Assembly (NCBI GenBank): GCA_964592485.1
Contig: CAZQEY010000010.1
Coordinates: forward strand, 1 to 50,753
DNA length: 50,753 bases
Direction: 5' to 3'
From: an uncultured Planctomycetales bacterium
GTDB lineage: Bacteria; Omnitrophota; Gorgyraeia; Gygaellales; JAHJCI01
A program made the translations under genes and the position numbers. The notes beneath the pieces are model-generated. The model had not been told where the DNA came from. It did no database searches and was given only the letters and a program-made list of their open reading frames with translations. Below are positions 9,036-18,669 of this stretch, piece by piece (the stretch's first letter is position 1; every line of letters starts with the position of its first letter).

Positions 9036-10396
9036 GATATCATTCGGAATGGAATATGGGTAGTCCCGGCGGGTGGGATTATCAAAGGATGGCGCAAGAA
9101 ATAGCCAGATTCTCCTGGGGCAAGATTAAAGAGCAATCTGGTATTGATATAGATTTAGATATTGACCATCCGATTCTTAATCCTCTGCCTGCATTCGCTG
9201 ATATGCTCCTTGAAGCACATAAGAGGGATTTCGGCAGGCAGAAGCCGTTTATTGCCCTGGTGGCTGAGGAAGAAACCCTCAAGAAGGTAGGCGAGAATAT
9301 CCACTTTATCCAATATCTAAATAACCTGCCTAATGTCTCTGCCTGTCTGGTCAGCCCGGACAAACTGGAGTTAAAAAATAAACGGGTTTTTGTGGGCAGA
9401 AACAGAATCACCTTAATCTTTCTGGATTTCAACAACAATGTGATTGTAAAATTAAAAAAGAAATACAATCTTCGCCCGCTCATTGAGGCAATAAAACAAG
9501 GAGCAGTCGTAAATCCGCGAGGAATGGAACCGGTTGGCGCAAAGGGGATATTTGAGGCAATAACCTCAGAATATAGAAACCTAATCAGCCAAACCACGCT
9601 TAAGAGAACTCCCTGGACAAGGCAGTTCTTCTCCCGCACAACCACCGGCCCGGAAGAAGAAAAAATCCCTGATTTAATTAAATGGGTAAAGGAAAACTGG
9701 GATAGAATTATCCTAAAACCAGTACATGGCTATTCCGGCAAAGGGATTATCATCGGCCATAAAGAACCTGATAGTGATAAATGCATACAACAGGCATTAA
9801 AAAGCGGCGATTATATCATCCAGCCCCTTATTCCGATGAACCTCTGGGCCGAAGAGTTTCCCTGGATTGATAAAGAAAATAAAAAGATATTCCTGAAATC
9901 CTGGCAAACTGACTTTCGCTGCTTCATTACTCCCCGAGGCCTGATTGGCTTTGTCACCCGATTTGGCGGCATACCTACCAATGTTGGCTCAGGCGGAGGA
10001 GTACAGAGCACAGCAATCTTACACTCTAAGATTTCGGTCAATGAGGCAATTGAAAGAATTAACGAAGCCATATTGAATTTGGGATTTGATTTTATTGCCC
10101 AACTCCAAGCAGAGATTGATAAAAAGTCTATCCGGATGGGAAATGTATATCTATTAGGCCCGATTATGTCCACGCTAAGGCCGAGGATAATTACCCCTAA
10201 GCATATCTTAGAGTTACAAACTTATGCCAAAAATCTCTGGGATGATGCAAGGAAATTAGAGAGGCTGTGGCAGGAGGGAAAGTTGACAAGATATGTTCAA
10301 ATAAGCAAAGAGGAAGAGGAAATTGCCCGCCTTGCTCCCTGGCAAGGAAATCCTGCCTTAATTGCCTCCGATGGTCTTTTCGGTTTCGAGAAATAA
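9017..10396 (+). CDS. ATP-grasp family ligase (nucleotide-binding ILKPVHGYSGKGIIIG mid-protein; possibly the circularly-permuted type)
   Basis: ATP-grasp K-P...G-S-G-K-G motif. Overlaps the upstream gene by 19 nt, implying an operon. Confidence 0.55.
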   Translation: MPEEFLGYHSEWNMGSPGGWDYQRMAQEIARFSWGKIKEQSGIDIDLDIDHPILNPLPAFADMLLEAHKRDFGRQKPFIALVAEEETLKKVGENIHFIQYLNNLPNVSACLVSPDKLELKNKRVFVGRNRITLIFLDFNNNVIVKLKKKYNLRPLIEAIKQGAVVNPRGMEPVGAKGIFEAITSEYRNLISQTTLKRTPWTRQFFSRTTTGPEEEKIPDLIKWVKENWDRIILKPVHGYSGKGIIIGHKEPDSDKCIQQALKSGDYIIQPLIPMNLWAEEFPWIDKENKKIFLKSWQTDFRCFITPRGLIGFVTRFGGIPTNVGSGGGVQSTAILHSKISVNEAIERINEAILNLGFDFIAQLQAEIDKKSIRMGNVYLLGPIMSTLRPRIITPKHILELQTYAKNLWDDARKLERLWQEGKLTRYVQISKEEEEIARLAPWQGNPALIASDGLFGFEK

Positions 10397-10436
10397 GGTA
10401 ACAGCAGGTAAAAGGGACCTCCCCATTTAGTATTCC

Positions 10437-11210
10437 ATGATTAGGGTAAAAAAGAACTGGTGGAAAGACTTTTTCAATAATATTTATTTAATTACTGATG
10501 CCCGCAGCGTAGGCGATGTTCATCTTACCTGCCGCGAGGTTGATTTATTAGAGAAGGTTTTGCGCTTGGATAAAACTGACCGCATCCTTGATTTATTTGG
10601 CGGGCAGGGGAGGCACTCAATAGAGCTGGCAAAACGCGGCTATCGAGATTTAACCGTGCTTGATTATTCTGATTATTTGATTAATTTAGGAAGGTGCTCA
10701 GCTAAAAAAGAGAATCTCAAGATAAATTTTTATCAGGGCGATGCACGTTCTACTAAACTTGCAAATAGTAATTATTCTGTTATTATCATAATGGCTAATT
10801 CCTTCGGTTATTTCACCAATGAAAGAGAAAATGAAAAAGTATTAAGAGAAGCACACCGGTTACTTAAAACCGGAGGCAGGTTGCTTCTGGATTTGATAAA
10901 TTCTGAACATGTTAAAAATACCCTCAAGCCCACTTCCTGGCATAGAATTGACAATGATATTGATGTGTTTCGAAAAAGAGAAATTAAAAATAACCTGGTT
11001 AAAACCAAGGAGACTGTAATCTCTCAGCGGAAGGGACTGATTAGGGATGGTAGTTATTGCGAGCGCATTTACACCAAAGCAAGAATCTGCCGATTACTTA
11101 AGAAGGTGGGTTTTAAAAATATTAACATAAAAAATAATCTTTCCCTCCATAAAGAAAATCAAGATTATGGTTTGCTTACCTCAAGGATGATTGTTACCGC
11201 AAATAAATGA
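10437..11210 (+). CDS. Class I SAM-dependent methyltransferase
   Basis: Motif I LDLFGGQGRHS; post-I D; motif LLKTGGRLLLD. Confidence 0.8.
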   Translation: MIRVKKNWWKDFFNNIYLITDARSVGDVHLTCREVDLLEKVLRLDKTDRILDLFGGQGRHSIELAKRGYRDLTVLDYSDYLINLGRCSAKKENLKINFYQGDARSTKLANSNYSVIIIMANSFGYFTNERENEKVLREAHRLLKTGGRLLLDLINSEHVKNTLKPTSWHRIDNDIDVFRKREIKNNLVKTKETVISQRKGLIRDGSYCERIYTKARICRLLKKVGFKNINIKNNLSLHKENQDYGLLTSRMIVTANK

Positions 11211-11287
11211 CCCCCCTATCCTTAATAAAGAAAACTAAAATTATGGTTTACTTACCTCAAGGATGATTGTTACCGCGAACAAATAAA
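11161..11287. repeat. Tandem duplication (~48 bp unit, 75 bp period) of the 3' end of the methyltransferase gene, including the stop codon
   Basis: AAGATTATGGTTTGCTTACCTCAAGGATGATTGTTACCGCAAATAAATGA and AAAATTATGGTTTACTTACCTCAAGGATGATTGTTACCGCGAACAAATAA. Confidence 0.9.
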
Positions 11288-11314
11288 AACTCCTATCTTA
11301 ACCTGAGATTTGTC

Positions 11315-12340
11315 TTAAGGACAGCTGATTTGAGCTAACTCTTCAACTGCTTTTTTAATCCGCAACATTCGTTCAGGGGAGGAAGGATGGGTAGAAAGGT
11401 AATTTCTAATCATTGACTGGGGAATCTCAATGGCAAACCTTTCCTGAAAATTTGCGCATACACAGGGGTCAAAACCAGCAAAATAGGTGAATCTCATGCC
11501 AAAATAATCTGCTTCCCTTTCCAGGTCTCGAGAATAACGTGCTTTAAATAAATCAGCGGTACGCATCACTAAATTACCGGTTCCTGGCGCAGCCTCATCG
11601 GCAATCAAGCCCAAGGGTATCCCGAATAAAAGTGATAAAAACGAGCTCAGCTGCGCCTTACTTACGTGGCCACGCACAAAATGCGCCAACTCATGACCCA
11701 GAACCGCAGCAATCTCATCATCTGATTTAGCAAAATTCAACAGGCCATAGGTAACATAAATCGCATTGCTACCAGCTGCCGCGTTAACCTCCTGGATATC
11801 AACCGTTATAATCGGCACATTTACGGGGATTGAACCGACAGTTAGAACAATCTCATCAGACACGCCTCGCCTTTGAATATGTAGTCTGATTGAATCTCCG
11901 ATATTTAATCTGCGGCGATATTGATTAAAATCACTGGTAGAAAAAAACCTATTGCCATCAATAGAAACCAAAATATCTCCTGGTACTATCCCCGCTGCCT
12001 TTGCCGGCGAACCATCAACCACAGCAATAACCGCCAGGCCCTTATCTACCTGAAGGTTATATAACTGCTTAAGATATTTATCCACTTCTGATACATATAT
12101 ACCCAAATAGGACTGAGGCTCTTTTGTGATTTTAACTTCTTCTTGGGGGATATGGGCAATCAGCTGATAGCCGATGTTATTAACCTTGGTTAATTGATTA
12201 AGCCGAAACCCCAAGGATTTGACCTTCAACTCCTCCTGCGCCCTTAAGATTTCCCCCTCTTCAACCGAGGGTCCGGTAATCGTAGCACAGCCGCTTAGGA
12301 AAAATAGGGCTAGAGTCAATAAAATTACATACCGCATCAT
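11315..12340 (-). CDS. Lipoprotein with a PDZ domain and an M48-family Zn-metallopeptidase domain
   Basis: Lipobox LSGC; PDZ GDILVSIDG; HELAHFVRGH (HExxH). The start is placed at MMRYVIL; the ORF-track start is a TTG. Confidence 0.75.
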   Translation of the reverse strand: MMRYVILLTLALFFLSGCATITGPSVEEGEILRAQEELKVKSLGFRLNQLTKVNNIGYQLIAHIPQEEVKITKEPQSYLGIYVSEVDKYLKQLYNLQVDKGLAVIAVVDGSPAKAAGIVPGDILVSIDGNRFFSTSDFNQYRRRLNIGDSIRLHIQRRGVSDEIVLTVGSIPVNVPIITVDIQEVNAAAGSNAIYVTYGLLNFAKSDDEIAAVLGHELAHFVRGHVSKAQLSSFLSLLFGIPLGLIADEAAPGTGNLVMRTADLFKARYSRDLEREADYFGMRFTYFAGFDPCVCANFQERFAIEIPQSMIRNYLSTHPSSPERMLRIKKAVEELAQISCP

Positions 12341-12582
12341 TGTTTTTGTTTTCTCTTTTCGTAATAGCAAAGTAGAATGGCCAATAATATCGAAGGAGGT
12401 AATATAACAGTCAAGGCAAACCCCTTCCCCATCCTCATACTAAATATAACCAAGCCGAGAAATACCATAAACCAGAGAAGTTTTCTTAAGATATGTAATT
12501 TAAACCCGTCACAAAAACAAAATCCCACGAATGAAGCAAATAAGCTCAGGGTTAACCACTGCCAGAAGATTGTATTACCCAT
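12337..12582 (-). CDS. Possible small membrane protein (81 aa, 3 hydrophobic segments)
   Basis: ORF fills the gap between folE and the M48 gene. ATGA-type overlap with the downstream start. No functional motif. Confidence 0.35.
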   Translation of the reverse strand: MGNTIFWQWLTLSLFASFVGFCFCDGFKLHILRKLLWFMVFLGLVIFSMRMGKGFALTVILPPSILLAILLCYYEKRKQKQ

Positions 12583-12583
12583 T

Positions 12584-13144
12584 TTATTTGCCCCCTATTA
12601 GCGCTAAGGTCTCGGCACGCGTCTTCTCGTTCTCTTTAAAAATCCCGCGCACAGCTGAGGTTACTGTCATAATGCCAGGTTTTTTTATCCCCCTGAAAGA
12701 CATACACAAATGTTCTGCCTCGATTACTACCATAACCCCCCGTGGTTTAAGTTTTTTCATAATAATCTCGGCAACCTGAGTGGTGAGCCTCTCTTGAACC
12801 TGAGGTCTCCTAGATAGCGTGTCAACAACGCGTGCTAATTTGCTCAAGCCAGTAACCCTTCCTCCCTTAGGAACATAAGCAATATGGGCACGGCCGACAA
12901 AAGGGATAAGATGATGCTCACAGACCGAGTAGAGTGGTATTCCTCTAAGCAGAATTATCTCATCATGTTTCTGCTCAAGGATTACGTCGAGTTCCTTTTC
13001 CGGATCCCGACTGACTCCCCCGAATATCTCTTCATACATTTCAGCAACTCGCCGCGGCGTGTCCCTCAAGTCTCTCTTCGTGGGGTCCTCGCCAATTGCA
13101 ACCAAGATATCTCTTATTGCCTTTTCTATTTTTTTCTTATCCAT
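12584..13144 (-). CDS. folE: GTP cyclohydrolase I
   Basis: [21 protein letters not shown] signature; 186 aa; AAAGGAG SD. Confidence 0.95.
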   Translation of the reverse strand: MDKKKIEKAIRDILVAIGEDPTKRDLRDTPRRVAEMYEEIFGGVSRDPEKELDVILEQKHDEIILLRGIPLYSVCEHHLIPFVGRAHIAYVPKGGRVTGLSKLARVVDTLSRRPQVQERLTTQVAEIIMKKLKPRGVMVVIEAEHLCMSFRGIKKPGIMTVTSAVRGIFKENEKTRAETLALIGGK

Positions 13145-13213
13145 CCCCCCTCGCTCCTTTCAGTCGCTCAGGAGAAACCAGAGAACAAAATACAGATTTT
13201 CTGGTTTCTTTAA

Positions 13214-14656
13214 TTATTTACCTATACAAAATTCACTGAAGATTCTATCCAACAGTCCATCGGAAAAACGCCCACCCAAAATCTCATCTAAAAAACCAAT
13301 TGCCTCTTGGAGGTCCTGGGCGATGAACTCAAAAGGTAAATTCGCATTAGCTGATTTTCTCGCCCGCATAATTGATTTCTTTACCTTTCTAAGTTGCTGA
13401 ATATGCCTTAGATTAGTCACCCATACCGGAGTGTCTGATTTAATTTTACCACTAAATACAAATTGGGCAATTGCTTCTTCCAGCAGGTCGATATTTTTTT
13501 GTTTTTTTGCCGAGACCTGAACAACCTGCGGGAAGCGTTGAGCAATTTTATCGTACTCGATATTCTGCTTCAGGTCTATCTTGTTAATTAAAGCGATAGT
13601 CGGTTTGGAGTTAATCTTGCGCATTAAGACCCTATCTTCATACGATAAATCCCTGCTGCCGTCAAAAACAAGTAAGACCAAATTCGCCTCTCGGATATAG
13701 CGCTGGCTGCGGGAAACTGCCTTTTGTTCGATTAAATCGCCTGGTTCGATTATTCCGGCAGTATCAACAATCCTTATCGGAATGCCCCTAATATCTAAAA
13801 TGTCCTCAATTGTATCGCGGGTGGTCCCCGCAATCGGAGTAACGATTGAACGTTCACATTTTAATAATGCATTTAAAAGCGAGGATTTTCCGACATTGGG
13901 CCTGCCGCAAATAACCACCTTTATGCCTTCACGAAAAACCCTGCCCCTTTTTGAATTCTCCAAGAGAAATTCTAATTGATGATTTATTCGGTCTATACTT
14001 ATAGTGATATTCTTGATATCCACTGCTTCCAAGCCCTCATCGGGAAAATCAATATTTGCCTCCAAGATGGTAAGTAGTTCTAATAATTTATCTCTTAACT
14101 GATTCAACCTTTTTGAGAAATCCCCCTTCAATTGCTCAACGCTTGCCCTTAAGGCAGTATCCGTTTTTGCCCTAATAATATCTAATACTGCCTCAGCCTG
14201 GGTAAGGTCAATCCGACCATTTAAAAAGGCGCGCTTAGTAAATTCTCCCGGATTACTCAAGCGGGCGCCTAAACTTAAAACTAATTCCAGAGTTTTTCTT
14301 AAAGGGATAATCCCCCCGTGACAGTTAATCTCCACAATATCTTCGCGTGTATAACTTTTAGGCCTACGCATCACTGTCAGTATAACCTCATCAACAATAT
14401 CTGATTTTTGTCCGCCTTCATTTAATTTCGGCGAACAACCCGCCGAAGTCTTGACGAAGGCGGGTTGATTTTTCACAATCCATCCGTAATGAGTCGTATA
14501 GGTTTTAAAATTGGAAGGCTTTTGACCATCCTTGGAAACAAAGATCTTATCCGCAATAGTTATTGCCTTACTCCCGCTAATTCTCACAATACCAATGCCT
14601 GACTCACCAACCGGAGTGGAAATTGCCGCAATCGTATCATTTAGATTAAAATTCAT
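13214..14656 (-). CDS. mnmE: tRNA modification GTPase MnmE (TrmE) carrying a ~20 aa in-frame insertion
   Basis: GRPNVGKSSLLNAL, DTAG and C-terminal CIGK. The insertion PAFVKTSAGCSPKLNEGGQKS is encoded by a palindromic element. Confidence 0.95.
   Translation of the reverse strand: MNFNLNDTIAAISTPVGESGIGIVRISGSKAITIADKIFVSKDGQKPSNFKTYTTHYGWIVKNQPAFVKTSAGCSPKLNEGGQKSDIVDEVILTVMRRPKSYTREDIVEINCHGGIIPLRKTLELVLSLGARLSNPGEFTKRAFLNGRIDLTQAEAVLDIIRAKTDTALRASVEQLKGDFSKRLNQLRDKLLELLTILEANIDFPDEGLEAVDIKNITISIDRINHQLEFLLENSKRGRVFREGIKVVICGRPNVGKSSLLNALLKCERSIVTPIAGTTRDTIEDILDIRGIPIRIVDTAGIIEPGDLIEQKAVSRSQRYIREANLVLLVFDGSRDLSYEDRVLMRKINSKPTIALINKIDLKQNIEYDKIAQRFPQVVQVSAKKQKNIDLLEEAIAQFVFSGKIKSDTPVWVTNLRHIQQLRKVKKSIMRARKSANANLPFEFIAQDLQEAIGFLDEILGGRFSDGLLDRIFSEFCIGK
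14412..14464. repeat. GC-rich nested palindromic element inserted in-frame in mnmE
   Basis: Outer arms CCGCCTTC/GAAGGCGG. Inner hairpin TTCGGCG-aacaacc-CGCCGAA. No counterpart in E. coli MnmE. Confidence 0.7.
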
Positions 14657-14662
14657 CCTCTT

Positions 14663-16120
14663 TTAAGGGACACTCTTTGAGCCAATCGGGAAGGTGTCCC
14701 TACTCCTCAAGAGAAAATCCCTTGCCTCACCTACCAGAAATAAAGAACCGGTAACTAAAATTAAATCCTCGGGATTTGCTTTTTTGACGGCTAATTCTAT
14801 GGCCTCCTTTACCTTTCTAGTCTTATTTATGTGGGAACTGTTAACTGCGAGTTGTAAACTAACAGCCTGTTCAATCATATCCACGCCCCCTGCCCGGGGA
14901 TTATCTGCCTGAGTCAAGATAAGTTCATTACTCATCGGGACAAGCACCCGACAGATTCCCTTTATATCCTTATCCTGAGAAATGCCCAGAACCAAGATTA
15001 TGCGCTTATCAGGGAAGTTCGTAACAACTGTCTGCTGAAGCGCCTGGGCAGAAGCAACATTCTGCGCCCCGTCGAGAACTATCGAGGGCCTCTCTGAAAT
15101 AATCTCGAATCTACCCGGCCAAATAGTATTATATAACCCGGCTCTTATGAGTTCAAGATTCGCCCTTAATTGATAAAATCTGATTAAAACTAAAATGACC
15201 GCTACTGCCAGAGTAGCATTGACTACTTGATGCCTTCCTAACAATCTTATCCTTAAATCCACCCATTTACCTAAGGCTCCATTTATATTAAAACATTGCT
15301 GATTTCGTCCGCAATCCTTTGTCTGGAAAATTATATCCTTCCCAAGTTCATATAAAATTGCATTCTGCTTTCTGCATCTATCTCTGATTATTTCCATAAC
15401 TTCTTCATTCTGTGGCGCACTGATAACTACCAACGGCAGGTTGTCAACCGCCAACTGCGAACTATTCTTTATAATTCCTGCTTTCTCTCGAGCAATCTCA
15501 CTCAGGGTCTCACCCAACAGTCTTGTATGCTCATAACTTATTGGGGTTATTGCTGCAATTAAGGGATTAACTATATTGGTTGCATCCAGTCTTCCGCCCA
15601 GGCCTGTCTCTAATATAGCAAAATCTATCCTTTCCTGTCTAAAATATTTAAAAGCCAAGGTAGTATATACCTCAAAGAAGGAAAGTGCACCATATCTTGA
15701 CTGAGAATTATATTCCTCAATGTAGGGTCTTAGCTCCTCTACCAAATCTATTAATTCTCTTTCGGAGATCAAGCCTTCAAACTCAATTCTTGATTCTTGA
15801 TTCCTGTTTCCTGTTTCTCGCTGTCCTTGGCGAGGATTTAATATACGAATCCTCTCTCTAAAATCCGATAAATGCGGTGAAGTGTAGAGACCAACTTTGG
15901 AGCCAGCCTCACGCAATATATAGGCAATAAATGCCGAGGTCGAACCTTTACCTTTGGTCCCGGCAATATGAATGAATCTTAAATCGTCCTGGGGATTATT
16001 TAGTATCTTAAGGAATGCCTCTATCCGTTCTAATTTAAAGGATTGCCCATAAGGGTATTGGGAAATTTTTTCATAGTCAATAAATGAATTAAGATATTTA
16101 ATTGCTTCCGGGTAGGTCAT
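14663..16120 (-). CDS. folC: Folylpolyglutamate synthase / dihydrofolate synthase (Mur ligase family)
   Basis: HIAGTKGKGST P-loop. Start taken at MTYPEAIKYL, because the ORF-track start is a TTG inside a hairpin. Contains an in-frame low-complexity insertion (RQGQRETGNRNQES). Confidence 0.9.
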   Translation of the reverse strand: MTYPEAIKYLNSFIDYEKISQYPYGQSFKLERIEAFLKILNNPQDDLRFIHIAGTKGKGSTSAFIAYILREAGSKVGLYTSPHLSDFRERIRILNPRQGQRETGNRNQESRIEFEGLISERELIDLVEELRPYIEEYNSQSRYGALSFFEVYTTLAFKYFRQERIDFAILETGLGGRLDATNIVNPLIAAITPISYEHTRLLGETLSEIAREKAGIIKNSSQLAVDNLPLVVISAPQNEEVMEIIRDRCRKQNAILYELGKDIIFQTKDCGRNQQCFNINGALGKWVDLRIRLLGRHQVVNATLAVAVILVLIRFYQLRANLELIRAGLYNTIWPGRFEIISERPSIVLDGAQNVASAQALQQTVVTNFPDKRIILVLGISQDKDIKGICRVLVPMSNELILTQADNPRAGGVDMIEQAVSLQLAVNSSHINKTRKVKEAIELAVKKANPEDLILVTGSLFLVGEARDFLLRSRDTFPIGSKSVP

Positions 16121-16160
16121 ATTCGTTATTGCGTTCTTGCGTCCTTCGATAAACTCAGGA

Positions 16161-16192
16161 CGCAATCCTGAACTTGTTGAAGGATTGCGTTA
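16161..16192 (-). promoter_or_regulatory. 10 bp perfect inverted repeat hairpin between purH and folC (ACGCAATCCT...AGGATTGCGT), followed by a direct repeat AACGCTATAAC x2
   Basis: Seen in the sequence. No U-run follows, so it is not a classical terminator. Confidence 0.4.
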
Positions 16193-16228
16193 TTGCGTCA
16201 AACGCTATAACCCAATAACGCTATAACG

Positions 16229-17788
16229 TTAATGTTTGAAGTGTCTCCTGCCGGTGGTAACCATAGCAATATTATATTTATTGCAGGCCTTGATGATTTC
16301 CTCGTCGGAGATTGAGCCGCCGGGTTGGATTATTGCCTTCACACCTGCGCGCGCCGCCTGAATAACCGCATCGGCTTTGGGGAAAAAGGCATCTGAGGCA
16401 AGACAGGAGTTAGAGCTAAGCTTTCCTGCTTTTCTTTTGGCAATAATGACTGAATCTACGCGGGACATCTGGCCTGCTCCGATGCCTACGGTTTTAGTCC
16501 CCCGGACAAGAACGATGGCATTGGATTTGACGTGCTTGACTACCTTCCAGGCAAAGATAAGGCTATCCAGCTGATTACGGGTTGGCTTTTTCTTGGTTAC
16601 AACCTTAAGATTATTTATCTCATCCAATTCTATATCTTTATCCTGAATTAATAACCCTCCGCTTATCCTCTTGAGGTCAAATTCATTAAGCTTTTCTAAA
16701 TCCATTAATTCCAATAAACGCAGATTCTTCTTTTGCTTAAGTAGATTTAACGCATCCTGTTGGAATCCGGGGGCGATGATACACTCTATAAACCCGCTGC
16801 GCAGGATTAGGCTCGCTGTTTTTGAATTTACCTTTCTATTTAAACCTACAATACTACCAAAGGCAGAGAGGCTATCGCACTTCCAGGCATTCAGGAAAGC
16901 TTGTTCCAAGGATTTATCCTCGGCTGCGCCGCAGGGATTATTGTGTTTGGTAACTACTGCTGCAGGCTGTTTAAACTCAATTACCAATTCCCAAGTGCTG
17001 TTCAGGTCTAGGATATTATTAAAAGAAAGCTCCTTACCGTGAAGCTGTCTTAGATTAATCAAGCCTTGCCTTGCCTGCTTTTGTTTATAAAAAGCTGCCC
17101 CCTGATGGGAGTTTTCTCCATAACGCAATTCTTGAAGTTTACTAAATGCCAGATTTAATTCCTGAGGAAATTCCGCCCTTTGCCCCTTGATTTCTTGTTT
17201 TTTGCTGCTCAAATAATCATAAATCGCTGCGTCATAATGCGCAGTTAAGTTGAATACCTCAACCGCTAAACGCTTGGCTGTCTGAGTGCTTATTGCTCCT
17301 TTATTCTGACTGAGTTCTTCCAATATCGATTTATACTGATTGGAGCTGGATACAACTACCACTGACTGGTGGTTTTTGGCTGCCGAACGCAACATTGACG
17401 GTCCGCCAATATCAATATTCTCAATTGCCTCTTCTTCGGCTACGCCCGGTTTGGCAACTGTCTTCTCAAACGGATAGAGGTTTACTACTACCATATCAAT
17501 CAGGCCAATTCCGTGTCTTTCTAATGTCTGCATATGTCCGGGATTATCTCGCAAGGCAAGAAGCCCTGCATGAATCTTGGGATGCAAGGTTTTTACTCTC
17601 CCATCCAGCATCTCAGGGAAACCGGTATAATTAGAAACATCAATTACCGGGATATTATTTTCTTTTAATAATTTCGCTGTGCCGCCAGTAGAAAGAATCT
17701 CTACACCAAATTTAGACAAACTGCTGGCAAAATCAACAATCCCTGTCTTATCAGATACACTAATTAAAGCACGCTTAATTACAATCAT
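16229..17788 (-). CDS. purH: Bifunctional AICAR transformylase / IMP cyclohydrolase
   Basis: N-terminal [10 protein letters not shown]; 519 aa; AGGAGG SD. Confidence 0.95.
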   Translation of the reverse strand: MIVIKRALISVSDKTGIVDFASSLSKFGVEILSTGGTAKLLKENNIPVIDVSNYTGFPEMLDGRVKTLHPKIHAGLLALRDNPGHMQTLERHGIGLIDMVVVNLYPFEKTVAKPGVAEEEAIENIDIGGPSMLRSAAKNHQSVVVVSSSNQYKSILEELSQNKGAISTQTAKRLAVEVFNLTAHYDAAIYDYLSSKKQEIKGQRAEFPQELNLAFSKLQELRYGENSHQGAAFYKQKQARQGLINLRQLHGKELSFNNILDLNSTWELVIEFKQPAAVVTKHNNPCGAAEDKSLEQAFLNAWKCDSLSAFGSIVGLNRKVNSKTASLILRSGFIECIIAPGFQQDALNLLKQKKNLRLLELMDLEKLNEFDLKRISGGLLIQDKDIELDEINNLKVVTKKKPTRNQLDSLIFAWKVVKHVKSNAIVLVRGTKTVGIGAGQMSRVDSVIIAKRKAGKLSSNSCLASDAFFPKADAVIQAARAGVKAIIQPGGSISDEEIIKACNKYNIAMVTTGRRHFKH

Positions 17789-17865
17789 TCTAAAGCCTCC
17801 TATTTTTTATGAATTAATATATGTCTGAGGACACCCTCCCGATTGGTTCAAAGGATGTCCCTTGA

Positions 17866-17896
17866 TTGGCAAAAAGTCTGCCTGCCGGCAGGCAGG
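17866..17896 (-). terminator. Rho-independent terminator after the ychF-like gene (palindrome CTGCCTGCCGGCAGGCAG, then ACUUUUUGCC on the minus strand)
   Basis: GC-rich perfect palindrome followed by a U-run on the transcribed strand. Flanked by a direct repeat GGATGTCCCT x2. Confidence 0.6.
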
Positions 17897-17907
17897 GATG
17901 TCCCTAT

Positions 17908-18612
17908 TTATTTATTAAAGCGGAATTTGATTAAATCACCGTCCTGGACAATATAATCCTTACCCTCTATGCGCTGATGGTTATTTGCCCGCGCCTGATT
18001 TATGCCCCCGTCATTAGTCAAATCATTAAAGCTGATTACCTCGGCACGGATAAAGCCCTTTTGGATATCGGAATGGACTAAACCAGAGGCCTGCCAACAA
18101 CTCATCCCCTGTTTAATCGGCCAAGCACGGGCATCCTTCTCATTAGCAGTAAAAAATGAAATGTAGCCGAATAAGGTATAGGCTGGATGTAAAATCTTAT
18201 GCCTATCCTCCAAATCAGCCGGCTCAGCCAAGAAGACCGGCCGGAAAGTCAATAAGGAATATCCTGAGGCAATCCTATTTTCTTCCTCGGACAGTTGTAA
18301 CTCAAAGATAAAACCCTCCTTCTCTAATTGCTCCTTTAATTTCTTCAACAAACTTCTCTCATCATCCTCCTGGACATTAGTCAGCCTCTTCTCAATAAAT
18401 TCCATATCAGTAAGAATTAAATCAATGCGTTTTTCCTTCAGCGTGATTATGCCGTCGCATTCCCTAAGCCTCTGACGGTCAGTAATAATTTCTACCTCGA
18501 TATAGGTCTTCTTGGCGGAATTAGCCATCTGTTTTACTGTATCCAGACGCTTATCAATGATGTTTTCCTTGCCGGAAGAAAAATTATTACATTCAAAAAT
18601 GCCGATTTTCAT
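17908..18612 (-). CDS. YchF-like protein retaining only the C-terminal YchF/TGS region; G domain degenerate or deleted
   Basis: C-terminus aligns with the E. coli YchF C-terminus (KGFIRAEVISFNDL..., EGKDYIVQDGDLIKFRFN). P-loop position reads ECNNFSSGKEN. 234 aa versus ~363 aa. Confidence 0.7.
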   Translation of the reverse strand: MKIGIFECNNFSSGKENIIDKRLDTVKQMANSAKKTYIEVEIITDRQRLRECDGIITLKEKRIDLILTDMEFIEKRLTNVQEDDERSLLKKLKEQLEKEGFIFELQLSEEENRIASGYSLLTFRPVFLAEPADLEDRHKILHPAYTLFGYISFFTANEKDARAWPIKQGMSCWQASGLVHSDIQKGFIRAEVISFNDLTNDGGINQARANNHQRIEGKDYIVQDGDLIKFRFNK

Positions 18613-18669
18613 ACTACAACGCCTTTCTCTATAAAGGTGCTCAATTGAAAACTAAGATTTATAACCGGA

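Noticed and set aside
13145-13213. Riboswitch (e.g. THF) upstream of folE
   Set aside because: Only a simple 9 bp hairpin (GAAACCAGA...TCTGGTTTC) is visible. The leader is ~70 nt, too short for known THF/preQ1 aptamers. I cannot verify consensus positions by eye.
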